DNA from: a virus
Lineage: Duplodnaviria > Heunggongvirae > Uroviricota > Caudoviricetes
DNA length: 8,765 nt
Direction: 5' to 3' (one strand)
Virus record (IMG/VR): IMGVR_UViG_3300028988_000042
Below the pieces are notes generated by a model that ran no database searches, was not told the origin of the DNA, and saw nothing but the letters and a program-made list of their open reading frames with translations. The number at the start of each line of letters is the position of its first letter. Within the stretch, counting starts at the first letter, position 1. Positions 1 through 7,031 of this stretch are shown piece by piece. A program made the position numbers and the translations under genes.

Positions 1-53
1 TCGGCAGCACGCCGCGCATCGAGCGCCGCGTTGATTTTCTCCTGCCAGCTCAT
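1..53 (-). CDS. bioF: 8-amino-7-oxononanoate synthase, first ~17 codons only (gene continues beyond window start)
   Basis: Reverse complement of 1-53 reads ATG AGC TGG CAG GAG AAA ATC AAC GCG GCG CTC GAT GCG CGG CGT GCT GCC = [17 protein letters not shown], the E. coli BioF N-terminus as recalled. The ATG (51-53) overlaps the bioB TGA stop (50-52) in an ATGA arrangement, as in the bioBFCD operon. Confidence 0.85.
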   Translation of the reverse strand, partial: MSWQEKINAALDARRAA

Positions 54-1090
54 AGTGCTGCCGCGTTGTAATATTCGTCAGTGTCCGGGGTCATCAGTGC
101 CTGCTCCAGACGCTGCTGTTGTTCGTTATCCCCTGCCAGCACGGCAGTTTGCTGCGGATTTAGCCCCAGTTTGCGAAACAGTTGCAGGTCTTTATCTTCT
201 TCCGGATTCGGCGTGGTTAGCAGTTTGCAACCGTAGAAAATCGAGTTTGCGCCTGCCATAAAGCACATCGCCTGAGTCTGTTCGTTCATCTGCTCGCGTC
301 CGGCAGAAAGGCGCACGTAAGAGGTCGGCATCATGATCCGCGCGACCGCAATGGTGCGAATAAAATCAAAGGCATCGACATCATCGTTATCCGCCAGCGG
401 CGTGCCTTTCACCTTCACCAGCATGTTGATTGGTACGCTTTCCGGCGGCGTCGGCAGGTTTGCCAGTTGTAGCAATAATCCGGCGCGATCTTTTACCGTT
501 TCGCCTAAGCCCACAATGCCGCCAGAACAGACTTTGATCCCGGCATCGCGCACTTTTTCCAGCGTATCGAGGCGTTCCTGATAAGTGCGGGTGGTGATGA
601 TATTGCCGTAAAACTCCGGCGAGGTGTCCAGGTTGTGGTTGTAGTAATCCAGCCCGGCGTTCGCGAGGCGCTGCGCCTGAGATTCACTCAACGTGCCCAG
701 CGTCATACACGCCTCCAGCCCCATCGCTTTTACCCCCTGCACCATTTGTTCCAGGTACGGCATATCGCGTTCGTGGGGATTCTTCCACGCCGCGCCCATA
801 CAGAAACGCGTCGATCCCGCAGCTTTCGCTTTGCGCGCCGACTCCAGCACCTGTTCAACTTCCATCAACCGCTCGGCTTCCAGCCCGGTTTTGTAGCGCG
901 AGCTTTGCGGGCAGTATTTGCAATCTTCCGGACAAGCTCCGGTCTTAATCGACAGCAAAGTGCTGACCTGCACCTGACGAGGATCGAAATGCTGTCGATG
1001 CACCTGCTGCGCTTCAAACAGCAGATCCAGCAACGGTTTTTCAAATAATTCTGTGACTTGCGACAATGTCCAGCGTGGGCGGTGAGCCAT
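50..1090 (-). CDS. bioB: biotin synthase (radical SAM)
   Basis: 346-aa ORF beginning [64 protein letters not shown], containing the CxxxCxxC radical-SAM motif; matches E. coli BioB in length and sequence as recalled. Confidence 0.97.
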   Translation of the reverse strand: MAHRPRWTLSQVTELFEKPLLDLLFEAQQVHRQHFDPRQVQVSTLLSIKTGACPEDCKYCPQSSRYKTGLEAERLMEVEQVLESARKAKAAGSTRFCMGAAWKNPHERDMPYLEQMVQGVKAMGLEACMTLGTLSESQAQRLANAGLDYYNHNLDTSPEFYGNIITTRTYQERLDTLEKVRDAGIKVCSGGIVGLGETVKDRAGLLLQLANLPTPPESVPINMLVKVKGTPLADNDDVDAFDFIRTIAVARIMMPTSYVRLSAGREQMNEQTQAMCFMAGANSIFYGCKLLTTPNPEEDKDLQLFRKLGLNPQQTAVLAGDNEQQQRLEQALMTPDTDEYYNAAAL

Positions 1091-1176
1091 GGGGCTTCTC
1101 CAAAACGTGTTTTTTGTTGTTAATTCGGTGTAGACTTGTAAACCTAAATCTTTTCAATTTGGTTTACAAGTCGATT
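1091..1176. promoter_or_regulatory. bioO: divergent bioA / bioBFCD promoter region with BirA operator (bioO); inverted repeat arms 1134-1144 and 1161-1171
   Basis: ACTTGTAAACC (1134-1144) and its exact reverse complement GGTTTACAAGT (1161-1171) separated by 16 bp, lying between the divergent bioB and bioA starts; corresponds to the known BirA-biotinyl-AMP operator of E. coli. Confidence 0.8.
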
Positions 1177-2466
1177 ATGACAACGGACGATCTTGCCTTT
1201 GACCAACGCCATATCTGGCACCCATACACATCCATGACCTCCCCTCTGCCGGTTTATCCGGTCGCGAGCGCCGAAGGTTGCGAGCTAATTTTGTCTGACG
1301 GCAGACGCCTGGTTGACGGTATGTCGTCCTGGTGGGCGGCGATCCACGGCTATAATCACCCGCAGCTTAATGCGGCGATGAAGTCGCAAATTGATGCTAT
1401 GTCGCATGTGATGTTTGGCGGTATCACCCATGCGCCCGCCATCGAGCTATGCCGCAAACTGGTGGCAATGACGCCGCAACCGCTGGAATGCGTTTTTCTC
1501 GCGGACTCCGGCTCCGTAGCGGTGGAAGTGGCGATGAAAATGGCGTTGCAGTACTGGCAGGCCAAAGGCGAAGCGCGCCAGCGTTTTCTGACCTTCCGCA
1601 ATGGTTATCATGGCGATACCTTTGGCGCGATGTCGGTGTGCGATCCGGACAACTCAATGCACAGCCTGTGGAAAGGCTATCTGCCAGAAAACTTGTTTGC
1701 TCCCGCCCCGCAAAGCCGCATGGATGGTGAATGGGATGAACGTGATATGGTTGGCTTTGCCCGCCTGATGGCGGCGCATCGTCATGAAATCGCGGCGGTG
1801 ATCATTGAACCGATTGTCCAGGGCGCAGGCGGGATGCGCATGTACCATCCGGAATGGTTAAAACGAATCCGCAAAATGTGCGATCGCGAAGGTATCTTGC
1901 TGATTGCCGACGAGATCGCCACCGGATTTGGTCGTACCGGCAAACTGTTTGCCTGTGAACATGCAGAAATCGCGCCGGACATTTTGTGCCTCGGTAAAGC
2001 CTTAACCGGCGGCACAATGACCCTTTCCGCCACGCTCACCACGCGCGAGGTTGCGGAAACCATCAGTAACGGCGAAGCCGGTTGCTTTATGCATGGGCCA
2101 ACTTTTATGGGCAATCCGCTGGCCTGCGCGGCAGCAAACGCCAGCCTGGCGATTCTCGAATCTGGCGACTGGCAGCAACAGGTGGCGGCTATTGAAGTAC
2201 AGCTGCGCGAGCAACTTGCCCCCGCCCGTGATGCCGAAATGGTTGCCGATGTGCGCGTGCTGGGGGCAATCGGCGTAGTCGAAACCACTCATCCGGTGAA
2301 TATGGCGGCGCTGCAAAAATTCTTTGTCGAACAGGGTGTCTGGATCCGGCCTTTTGGCAAACTGATTTACCTGATGCCGCCCTATATTATTCTCCCGCAA
2401 CAGTTGCAGCGTCTGACCGCAGCGGTTAACCGCGCGGTACAGGATGAAACATTTTTTTGCCAATAA
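1177..2466 (+). CDS. bioA: adenosylmethionine-8-amino-7-oxononanoate aminotransferase
   Basis: ATG at 1177 is in frame with ORF 1066-2466 and gives a 429-aa product [29 protein letters not shown]... ending ...[10 protein letters not shown], matching E. coli BioA. The upstream extension to 1066 would run through the bio operator and is rejected. Confidence 0.96.
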   Translation: MTTDDLAFDQRHIWHPYTSMTSPLPVYPVASAEGCELILSDGRRLVDGMSSWWAAIHGYNHPQLNAAMKSQIDAMSHVMFGGITHAPAIELCRKLVAMTPQPLECVFLADSGSVAVEVAMKMALQYWQAKGEARQRFLTFRNGYHGDTFGAMSVCDPDNSMHSLWKGYLPENLFAPAPQSRMDGEWDERDMVGFARLMAAHRHEIAAVIIEPIVQGAGGMRMYHPEWLKRIRKMCDREGILLIADEIATGFGRTGKLFACEHAEIAPDILCLGKALTGGTMTLSATLTTREVAETISNGEAGCFMHGPTFMGNPLACAAANASLAILESGDWQQQVAAIEVQLREQLAPARDAEMVADVRVLGAIGVVETTHPVNMAALQKFFVEQGVWIRPFGKLIYLMPPYIILPQQLQRLTAAVNRAVQDETFFCQ

Positions 2467-2524
2467 CGAGAAGTCCGCGTGAGGGTTTCTGGCTACACTT
2501 TCTGCAAACAAGAAAGGAGGGTTC

Positions 2525-3001
2525 ATGAAACTCATCAGTAACGATCTGCGCGATGGCGATAAATTGCCGCATCGTCATGTCTTTAACGGCATGGGTTACG
2601 ATGGCGATAATATTTCACCGCATCTGGCGTGGGATGATGTTCCTGCGGGAACGAAAAGTTTTGTTGTCACCTGCTACGACCCGGATGCGCCAACCGGCTC
2701 CGGCTGGTGGCACTGGGTAGTTGTTAACTTACCCGCTGATACCCGCGTATTACCGCAAGGGTTTGGCTCTGGTCTGGTAGCAATGCCAGACGGCGTTTTG
2801 CAGACGCGTACCGACTTTGGTAAAACCGGGTACGATGGCGCAGCACCGCCGAAAGGCGAAACTCATCGCTACATTTTTACCGTTCACGCGCTGGATATAG
2901 AACGTATTGATGTCGATGAAGGTGCCAGCGGCGCGATGGTCGGGTTTAACGTTCATTTCCACTCTCTGGCAAGCGCCTCGATTACTGCGATGTTTAGTTA
3001 A
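2525..3001 (+). CDS. ybhB: PEBP-family (phosphatidylethanolamine-binding / kinase-inhibitor-like) protein
   Basis: 158-aa ORF MKLISNDLRDGDKLPHRHVFNGMGYDGDNISPHLAWDDVPAGTKSFVVTCYDPDAPTGSGWWHW... preceded by AGGAGG 5 nt upstream of the ATG; matches E. coli YbhB, which lies between bioA and attB(lambda) in K-12. Confidence 0.95.
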   Translation: MKLISNDLRDGDKLPHRHVFNGMGYDGDNISPHLAWDDVPAGTKSFVVTCYDPDAPTGSGWWHWVVVNLPADTRVLPQGFGSGLVAMPDGVLQTRTDFGKTGYDGAAPPKGETHRYIFTVHALDIERIDVDEGASGAMVGFNVHFHSLASASITAMFS

Positions 3002-3009
3002 TCACTCTG

Positions 3010-3032
3010 CCAGATGGCGCAATGCCATCTGG
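3010..3032 (+). terminator. stem-loop downstream of ybhB (possible weak terminator of the bioA-ybhB transcript)
   Basis: CCAGATGGC (3010-3018) / GCCATCTGG (3024-3032), 9-bp perfect stem with a 5-nt loop, 9 nt after the ybhB stop. There is no clean U-tract immediately 3' (TATCACTT...), so intrinsic termination is uncertain. Confidence 0.3.
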
Positions 3033-3091
3033 TATCACTTAAAGGTATTAAAAACAACTTTTTGTCTTTTTACCTTCCCGTTTCGCTCAAG

Positions 3092-3106
3092 TTAGTATAA
3101 AAAAGT
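3092..3106 (-). other. attR: lambda-type att core (O) of a hybrid attR site; B' arm toward ybhB, P arm toward higher coordinates
   Basis: Minus strand reads TTCA-ACTTTTTTATACTAA-CTTGAGCGAAACGGGAAGG. The core matches lambda GCTTTTTTATACTAA at 14/15 (first base A instead of G), the 3' flank CTTGAGCGAAACG is the E. coli attB B' arm, and the 5' flank TTCA matches the lambda P arm. Confidence 0.8.
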
Positions 3107-3250
3107 TGAATGCGAAACGGTAAAAACCATTAATATCAACGTTTTATAATTGATTCAGTCTAAAAAATAGACTGCATAATGATACAAAACACAACATATC
3201 CAGTCACTATGAATCAACCACTTAGATGGTCTTAGTGACCTGTAACAGAG
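3107..3250 (-). other. lambda-like attP P arm with two inverted arm-type Int-binding-site-like repeats
   Basis: Minus strand reads CTCTGTTACAGGTCACTAAGACCATCTAAGTGGTTGATTCATAGTGACTGGATATGTTGTGTTTTG..., closely resembling the lambda P arm (P1/P2 region) as recalled. CAGTCACTAT at 3201-3210 and the inverted CAGGTCACTAA (reverse complement of 3232-3242) fit the arm-type Int site pattern. Confidence 0.65.
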
Positions 3251-3251
3251 C

Positions 3252-3294
3252 ATTAGCGCAAGGTGATTTTTTTGTCTTCTTGCGCTAATTTTTT
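3252..3294 (+). terminator. rho-independent terminator hairpin, candidate sib/tI-like retroregulator in the att P arm
   Basis: ATTAGCGCAAG (3252-3262) pairs perfectly with CTTGCGCTAAT (3279-3289), 16-nt T-rich loop, followed by a T-run to 3294. It is on the strand an int transcript would use when reading P' to O to P in the circular phage. Confidence 0.55.
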
Positions 3295-3608
3295 GTCAAC
3301 ACACTGGGTTAGCTGAATTTACAACCACGCTCAGTATCTCGATAAGCGCAGAGAAATGATGCAGTGGTGGGCGGACTGGATTGATGAAAAGGTGGAGTGA
3401 TCCGCCTTAACCATTATCGAAGAGCACAAAGCCTTGCAATCCAGTGCAATGCTTTGTGTATACCTATTTTCCCAAATTTGTTTCAGTAATATGTCGATCT
3501 CCAATTATTAGAATGGTACACTAAACAACGTGCGCAATTACAATAATGTAGCGTATAAAAAAACAAAAGCTAATTATATTTTTTAAATAAACATAGTGAA
3601 CTAAATAT

Positions 3609-4595
3609 ATGAGAAATTATAGCATAGATACTATGAGGTTTGTAGCGTGCTTTTTTATAATAGCTGTTCATATAGGTGGGTACCCGCAACAAGGAGAATT
3701 ATTTACAGAGGTATTTAGAGGTGTATCGCGATGGGCTGTGCCATTCTTCTTCCTGGTTACAGGATATTTTTTATCATGCCAAAACAAAAGAAAACTACTA
3801 TTAAGACTTACTAGGATAACATATATAACACTAATATTTAGCGTACTGTTCTTTATTTTTCAACTAACTTTGAACTATAAAGATGGATATTCATTAATTA
3901 TAAGCATCATAGATCCATTTATTTTTATCGGTGGGTCTTATTTCCATTTGTGGTTCTTGCCTTCAATCTTAATAGGTATGATTTCAGTAAGTTACATGAT
4001 AGAAAATGTTTCAGAAAATTTTGGAATCTCTTTAAGTATACTTATTATATTTATAATATGGTGCGTTGATTTCTTTGGTACTGCCTACTTCTCACATGAT
4101 ATATATGAATCAACAAGAACTATTCTATCAATACCAACAATATATATAGGGTATTACTTATACACTAAGAAAGACATAATTATAAAATCTAACGGGAATT
4201 TATTGATTTTATGTATGCTAGCTTCCGTGGTTTTTTCCGTGATTGAGATTCTAATATACAAATCAATATATGGTTCACTTGCCAATATAAGAGAACTACC
4301 TTTATTTTCTGTTATTACTGCTATAATAATACTAATGTTATCTATAAGATCACAAAGCACAAAAGAGACTGTTCTATCAAGGATAGGAAGAGATGATTCT
4401 ATCGTCATATATCTTATTCACCCACTATTTATAGTTTTAATATCAAAGGTGTTTAGGGTTGCTCATGAATATAACGGGATGGCTATTCTTGTGATTACAT
4501 TTATTGTAAGCATTTCGTTTTCATTGTTTGTCAAGAGTAAATTTCCTTCAATATATTCATTTCTTACTGGCGGTTTTATAAAAGAAACAAAATAA
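3609..4595 (+). CDS. acyltransferase family 3 (AT3) integral membrane protein; candidate prophage-encoded O-antigen O-acetyltransferase (lysogenic conversion)
   Basis: 328-aa very hydrophobic ORF with ~10 predicted TM segments. AT3 hallmarks: R-x10-H in the first helix (MRFVACFFIIAVH), VPFFFLVTGYFL (FFxxSG-type motif), and a C-terminal YLIHP motif. Visibly AT-rich relative to flanking DNA. Sits between attR and the tailspike, where P22-like phages carry serotype-conversion genes. Confidence 0.8.
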   Translation: MRNYSIDTMRFVACFFIIAVHIGGYPQQGELFTEVFRGVSRWAVPFFFLVTGYFLSCQNKRKLLLRLTRITYITLIFSVLFFIFQLTLNYKDGYSLIISIIDPFIFIGGSYFHLWFLPSILIGMISVSYMIENVSENFGISLSILIIFIIWCVDFFGTAYFSHDIYESTRTILSIPTIYIGYYLYTKKDIIIKSNGNLLILCMLASVVFSVIEILIYKSIYGSLANIRELPLFSVITAIIILMLSIRSQSTKETVLSRIGRDDSIVIYLIHPLFIVLISKVFRVAHEYNGMAILVITFIVSISFSLFVKSKFPSIYSFLTGGFIKETK

Positions 4596-4605
4596 ACCAT
4601 AAAAC

Positions 4606-4630
4606 ACACCACCATAATATATGGTGGTGT
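4606..4630. terminator. bidirectional stem-loop terminator between the convergent acyltransferase and tailspike genes
   Basis: ACACCACCAT (4606-4615) / ATGGTGGTGT (4621-4630), 10-bp perfect stem with a 5-nt loop; A-rich on the 5' side (a U-tract for the minus-strand transcript) and T-containing on the 3' side. Lies in the 57-bp gap between the two stop codons. Confidence 0.55.
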
Positions 4631-4652
4631 ATCAAATTATTTCTGAGCTGAT

Positions 4653-6551
4653 TTACATGTCATTTTCTGAATTATAAATAAGTACAACCTGACCTGAATA
4701 CGTTGCTTGTGATGACCACCCTGTATCCATATTGTATGGCCTGATCCTTACTTGGCTTGAACTAATTAATCTAGCTTTTATAAGCCATGTATCATCGTTT
4801 GTGTTTGCTGCTACCTCCTGAATTGATACTGTATTTGCTGGCTGGAATTGATCTGGTATTGCTCTTGTTACAACCCTTGACGATCCAGATACTGTTAGTG
4901 TGAAAAACTCCCTACCCGATGTTGATATAGATTGGCAACCTTCAGAAAAGTTGTTTCTTATATCTGGTCTGGATGATCTTCCTTCTGCTATGGTCTTCAT
5001 GCGAATAACGCTAAGTGGCATTACAGTTCCCGTTGTATTACGGAATCTGCAACCTGTTATCTTAACCTGAAACGGATTTGATATAAGATTTATTGCAACT
5101 CCATGTTCAGGTACTAACCAGTTGCATGAGCTAACAGTAAATCTCGCACCGTCTGAGTTTGATTCAATTAAGCATCCATCGAAATAGCATCCAACAAAAA
5201 TATCTGCGTTAGACATTATAACCACACGCCCTTTTGCGCTATCAGCAGACTGATTTGGATAAAAATGACTATTACTAAAAGAATTTGCTCCTTTACGTAA
5301 ATACATAACATCTGCATACTGTGAACCAATAACTAAGTCTGAGAAGTTATTATCATAGTTGTTGATATCCAAGCCAACGCCATCTGTAACGTTAGTTGGG
5401 TAAGAAGCATTCCAATCTGGTTGTTGAAATATAAACGTTTTTCCCACATTTAATTCATGTGGCTGTGAGTCATTAGGTTCAGTCTTTAATCCATAACGCA
5501 AGTATCTTGTCAGTAGACCTCCCAATATAGTCACTTTCAAAAAGTCATCATAAACCCTAATTGCGCCGGAAGCTTTCCAGTTAGCATCGATATTAGGATT
5601 AAATACCACGATGTTTTCAATTGGTCTAGAGCCGTTAACTTTACGAAAATCTAGAACAGGTTCTGTAGAAGGAAATGCTCCAATTGCTAAAAGAGATGGA
5701 TTCAACATAGAAAAATTCAAACAATCTGTTATTGTAAATGGACGTGATACATAGTAAGTGCCCTGAGTCATATCAAAAACAGTGCCACCCAAATTGTACA
5801 TGTTTGGATCTTCTCTATCAGTTGAGTAAGTTGTTTTGCGATTTCTCTTGATTATACTATCTCTCCACAAATCCAGTGCATCAGAGCTGTCGAATGTTGA
5901 ATCGCATGGTTTTGCTCCGTAATTTCTTGGGTCATCTACTGAATACCCAGAAAGAAATCCAACACACACCCATGTTGAGTCTGGAGTGGAGCCTGGCGTA
6001 ACTATATAACCATCAATTGGTATATTTCCTATATATGAATAATACATTCCATCTGAATATTTGAATGATTCGTATTTATTTAATATCACTCCGCCAACTG
6101 ACATATCTCCAGATTTTTTGTATACATATGGCATGTAATCGCTATAAACATTACCACCATATGTGCTCCCGACAATCTTATCTCCATTGTTTGATGAAAT
6201 ATCAACTCGCAACTGATCAGGATCATACTTCAGTAAATTAGGAAAATAGAACTGCTGCACACCATATGCATCATAAACAGCCATAGAGTGGCCTTGCACA
6301 GTTACGAACTTGGCAATCTGTCCGTTATATACAGGGTAACCAGCAGCGTTAATGATGATTGGTTGCGAAACAGGAACGTGAGAGCCGTCTTCGTTCTCCA
6401 CATAAACCTGAATCTGGTTTTCAGGGTTTTCCGGGTCAGTGTCAATTTTACCGATATAAATTTTGCCATTGGCTACGGCTTTAAAAGAACGAGCCATAGT
6501 GAAGAGTTGCGAAGGCATGCTTACCACAACATTTGCGGTGATATCTGACAT
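4653..6551 (-). CDS. tailspike protein: P22 gp9-like N-terminal head-binding domain fused to a divergent receptor-binding domain
   Basis: From ATG 6551 (GGAG 7 nt upstream) the product starts [40 protein letters not shown]...LKYDPDQLR, close to the P22 tailspike N-terminus [40 protein letters not shown]...LKYDPDQY as recalled. After the DPDQ hinge (6213-6224) the remaining ~515 aa are unrelated to P22 gp9 and AT-rich. The track ORF start at 6599 is rejected for the homology-supported ATG with an SD. Confidence 0.9.
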   Translation of the reverse strand: MSDITANVVVSMPSQLFTMARSFKAVANGKIYIGKIDTDPENPENQIQVYVENEDGSHVPVSQPIIINAAGYPVYNGQIAKFVTVQGHSMAVYDAYGVQQFYFPNLLKYDPDQLRVDISSNNGDKIVGSTYGGNVYSDYMPYVYKKSGDMSVGGVILNKYESFKYSDGMYYSYIGNIPIDGYIVTPGSTPDSTWVCVGFLSGYSVDDPRNYGAKPCDSTFDSSDALDLWRDSIIKRNRKTTYSTDREDPNMYNLGGTVFDMTQGTYYVSRPFTITDCLNFSMLNPSLLAIGAFPSTEPVLDFRKVNGSRPIENIVVFNPNIDANWKASGAIRVYDDFLKVTILGGLLTRYLRYGLKTEPNDSQPHELNVGKTFIFQQPDWNASYPTNVTDGVGLDINNYDNNFSDLVIGSQYADVMYLRKGANSFSNSHFYPNQSADSAKGRVVIMSNADIFVGCYFDGCLIESNSDGARFTVSSCNWLVPEHGVAINLISNPFQVKITGCRFRNTTGTVMPLSVIRMKTIAEGRSSRPDIRNNFSEGCQSISTSGREFFTLTVSGSSRVVTRAIPDQFQPANTVSIQEVAANTNDDTWLIKARLISSSQVRIRPYNMDTGWSSQATYSGQVVLIYNSENDM

Positions 6552-6576
6552 TTCATTGCTCCAGACGAATGATATG

Positions 6577-6599
6577 ATGCAATCATGATGTGATTGCAT
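6577..6599. promoter_or_regulatory. perfect inverted repeat, candidate operator for the Mnt-like repressor in the divergent tailspike/mnt intergenic region
   Basis: ATGCAATCA (6577-6585) - TGATG - TGATTGCAT (6591-6599): 9-bp arms, 5-bp spacer. Each arm carries a TTGCAT (-35-like) hexamer, one per strand. Located 26 bp upstream of the tailspike start codon and 74 bp upstream of the mnt-like start codon. Confidence 0.4.
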
Positions 6600-6672
6600 A
6601 CCGAAATGGTACTATTGAGTATTTATCCAGTAGGTTACGATGCCATTCCACCCAACTGGTGAGGCATCAAGG

Positions 6673-6933
6673 ATGTACAGCAAATACGACGAGGCGCAGT
6701 TTCACTTGAGACTTCCGCATGAACTCCACGCGAAAATTAAACAGCGCGCGAAGATGAATAACAGGTCGCTGAACTCAGAGATAATTGCAGCGATTGAAGA
6801 ATCATTGGCTAAACAAAGCTCTGCATCAGTTTACATTGACGATGCAGAGCGTATGGCAGAACAACAATCTGATATGGTTAAGAAAATTGTCTTTGATACG
6901 CTCAAGGAGCTATATAAAAAAGACAGCAACTAA
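6673..6933 (+). CDS. mnt: Mnt-like ribbon-helix-helix (Arc/MetJ superfamily) repressor
   Basis: MYSKYDEAQFHLRLPHELHAKIKQRAKMNNRSLNSEIIAAIEESL...DAERMAEQQSDMVKKIVFDTLKELYKK aligns with P22 Mnt (...HFNFRMPMEVREKLKFRAEANGRSMNSELLQIVQDAL...DAERLADEQSELVKKMVFDTLKDLYKK) as recalled. Start chosen at ATG 6673 (GAGG 8 nt upstream, length matches Mnt); the in-frame ATG at 6640 is an alternative. Confidence 0.85.
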   Translation: MYSKYDEAQFHLRLPHELHAKIKQRAKMNNRSLNSEIIAAIEESLAKQSSASVYIDDAERMAEQQSDMVKKIVFDTLKELYKKDSN

Positions 6934-6953
6934 CCATCCATTACGGAGGATTT

Positions 6954-7031
6954 ATGCAAAGAGATATGATGAATATTACATTCTACATATTTGGTTTTTG
7001 CACTTTCCTGGTGTTTGCAAAGCTATTCTGA
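6954..7031 (+). CDS. hypothetical 25-aa hydrophobic micro-protein (single predicted TM helix)
   Basis: ATG 6954 with GGAGG at 6945-6949 (4-nt spacer); translation MQRDMMNITFYIFGFCTFLVFAKLF then TGA. Directly downstream of mnt on the same strand and overlaps the 3' end of the convergent ejection-protein gene by 9 bp. No homology evidence; could be fortuitous. Confidence 0.2.
   Translation: MQRDMMNITFYIFGFCTFLVFAKLF

Noticed and set aside
31-1048. ORFs 31-261(+), 333-581(+), 505-687(-), 635-1048(+), 693-896(+)
   Set aside because: All lie within or antisense to bioB, which is well supported; their translations are Arg/Ser/Pro-rich, typical of off-frame reads of GC-rich coding DNA.
1066-1176. 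Upstream extension of the bioA ORF (track start at 1066, 466 aa)
   Set aside because: The extension runs through the bio operator/promoter and overlaps the bioB start; the ATG at 1177 gives the 429-aa BioA N-terminus [10 protein letters not shown].
1356-2535. ORFs 1356-1601(-), 1424-1657(-), 1449-1730(+), 1654-1848(-), 1782-2288(-), 1802-2017(-), 2002-2535(-), 2051-2278(+)
   Set aside because: Embedded in or antisense to bioA; no ribosome-binding sites noted and the composition is typical of spurious frames.
2750-3095. ORFs 2750-2962(-) and 2907-3095(+)
   Set aside because: The first is antisense within ybhB; the second overlaps the ybhB 3' end out of frame and runs into the att core.
3356-3400. 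14-codon ORF MMQWWADWIDEKVE in the att-proximal region
   Set aside because: Too short, no clear Shine-Dalgarno and no supporting context.
4154-4408. 84-aa ORF antisense inside the acyltransferase gene
   Set aside because: AT-rich antisense frame of a well-supported membrane protein gene; likely fortuitous.
3609-4595. Possibility that the membrane protein is an O-antigen polymerase (Wzy) or GtrC-type glucosyltransferase
   Set aside because: The R-x10-H, FFxxSG-type and YLIH-type motifs fit acyltransferase family 3; no gtrA/gtrB-like partner genes are adjacent.
6288-6548. 86-aa ORF antisense to the tailspike head-binding domain
   Set aside because: Overlaps the most conserved part of the tailspike on the opposite strand; no start context.
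6552-6599. Upstream extension of the tailspike ORF ([16 protein letters not shown]...)
   Set aside because: The ATG at 6551 has a GGAG Shine-Dalgarno and aligns with the P22 gp9 N-terminus; the extension would cover the palindromic intergenic site.
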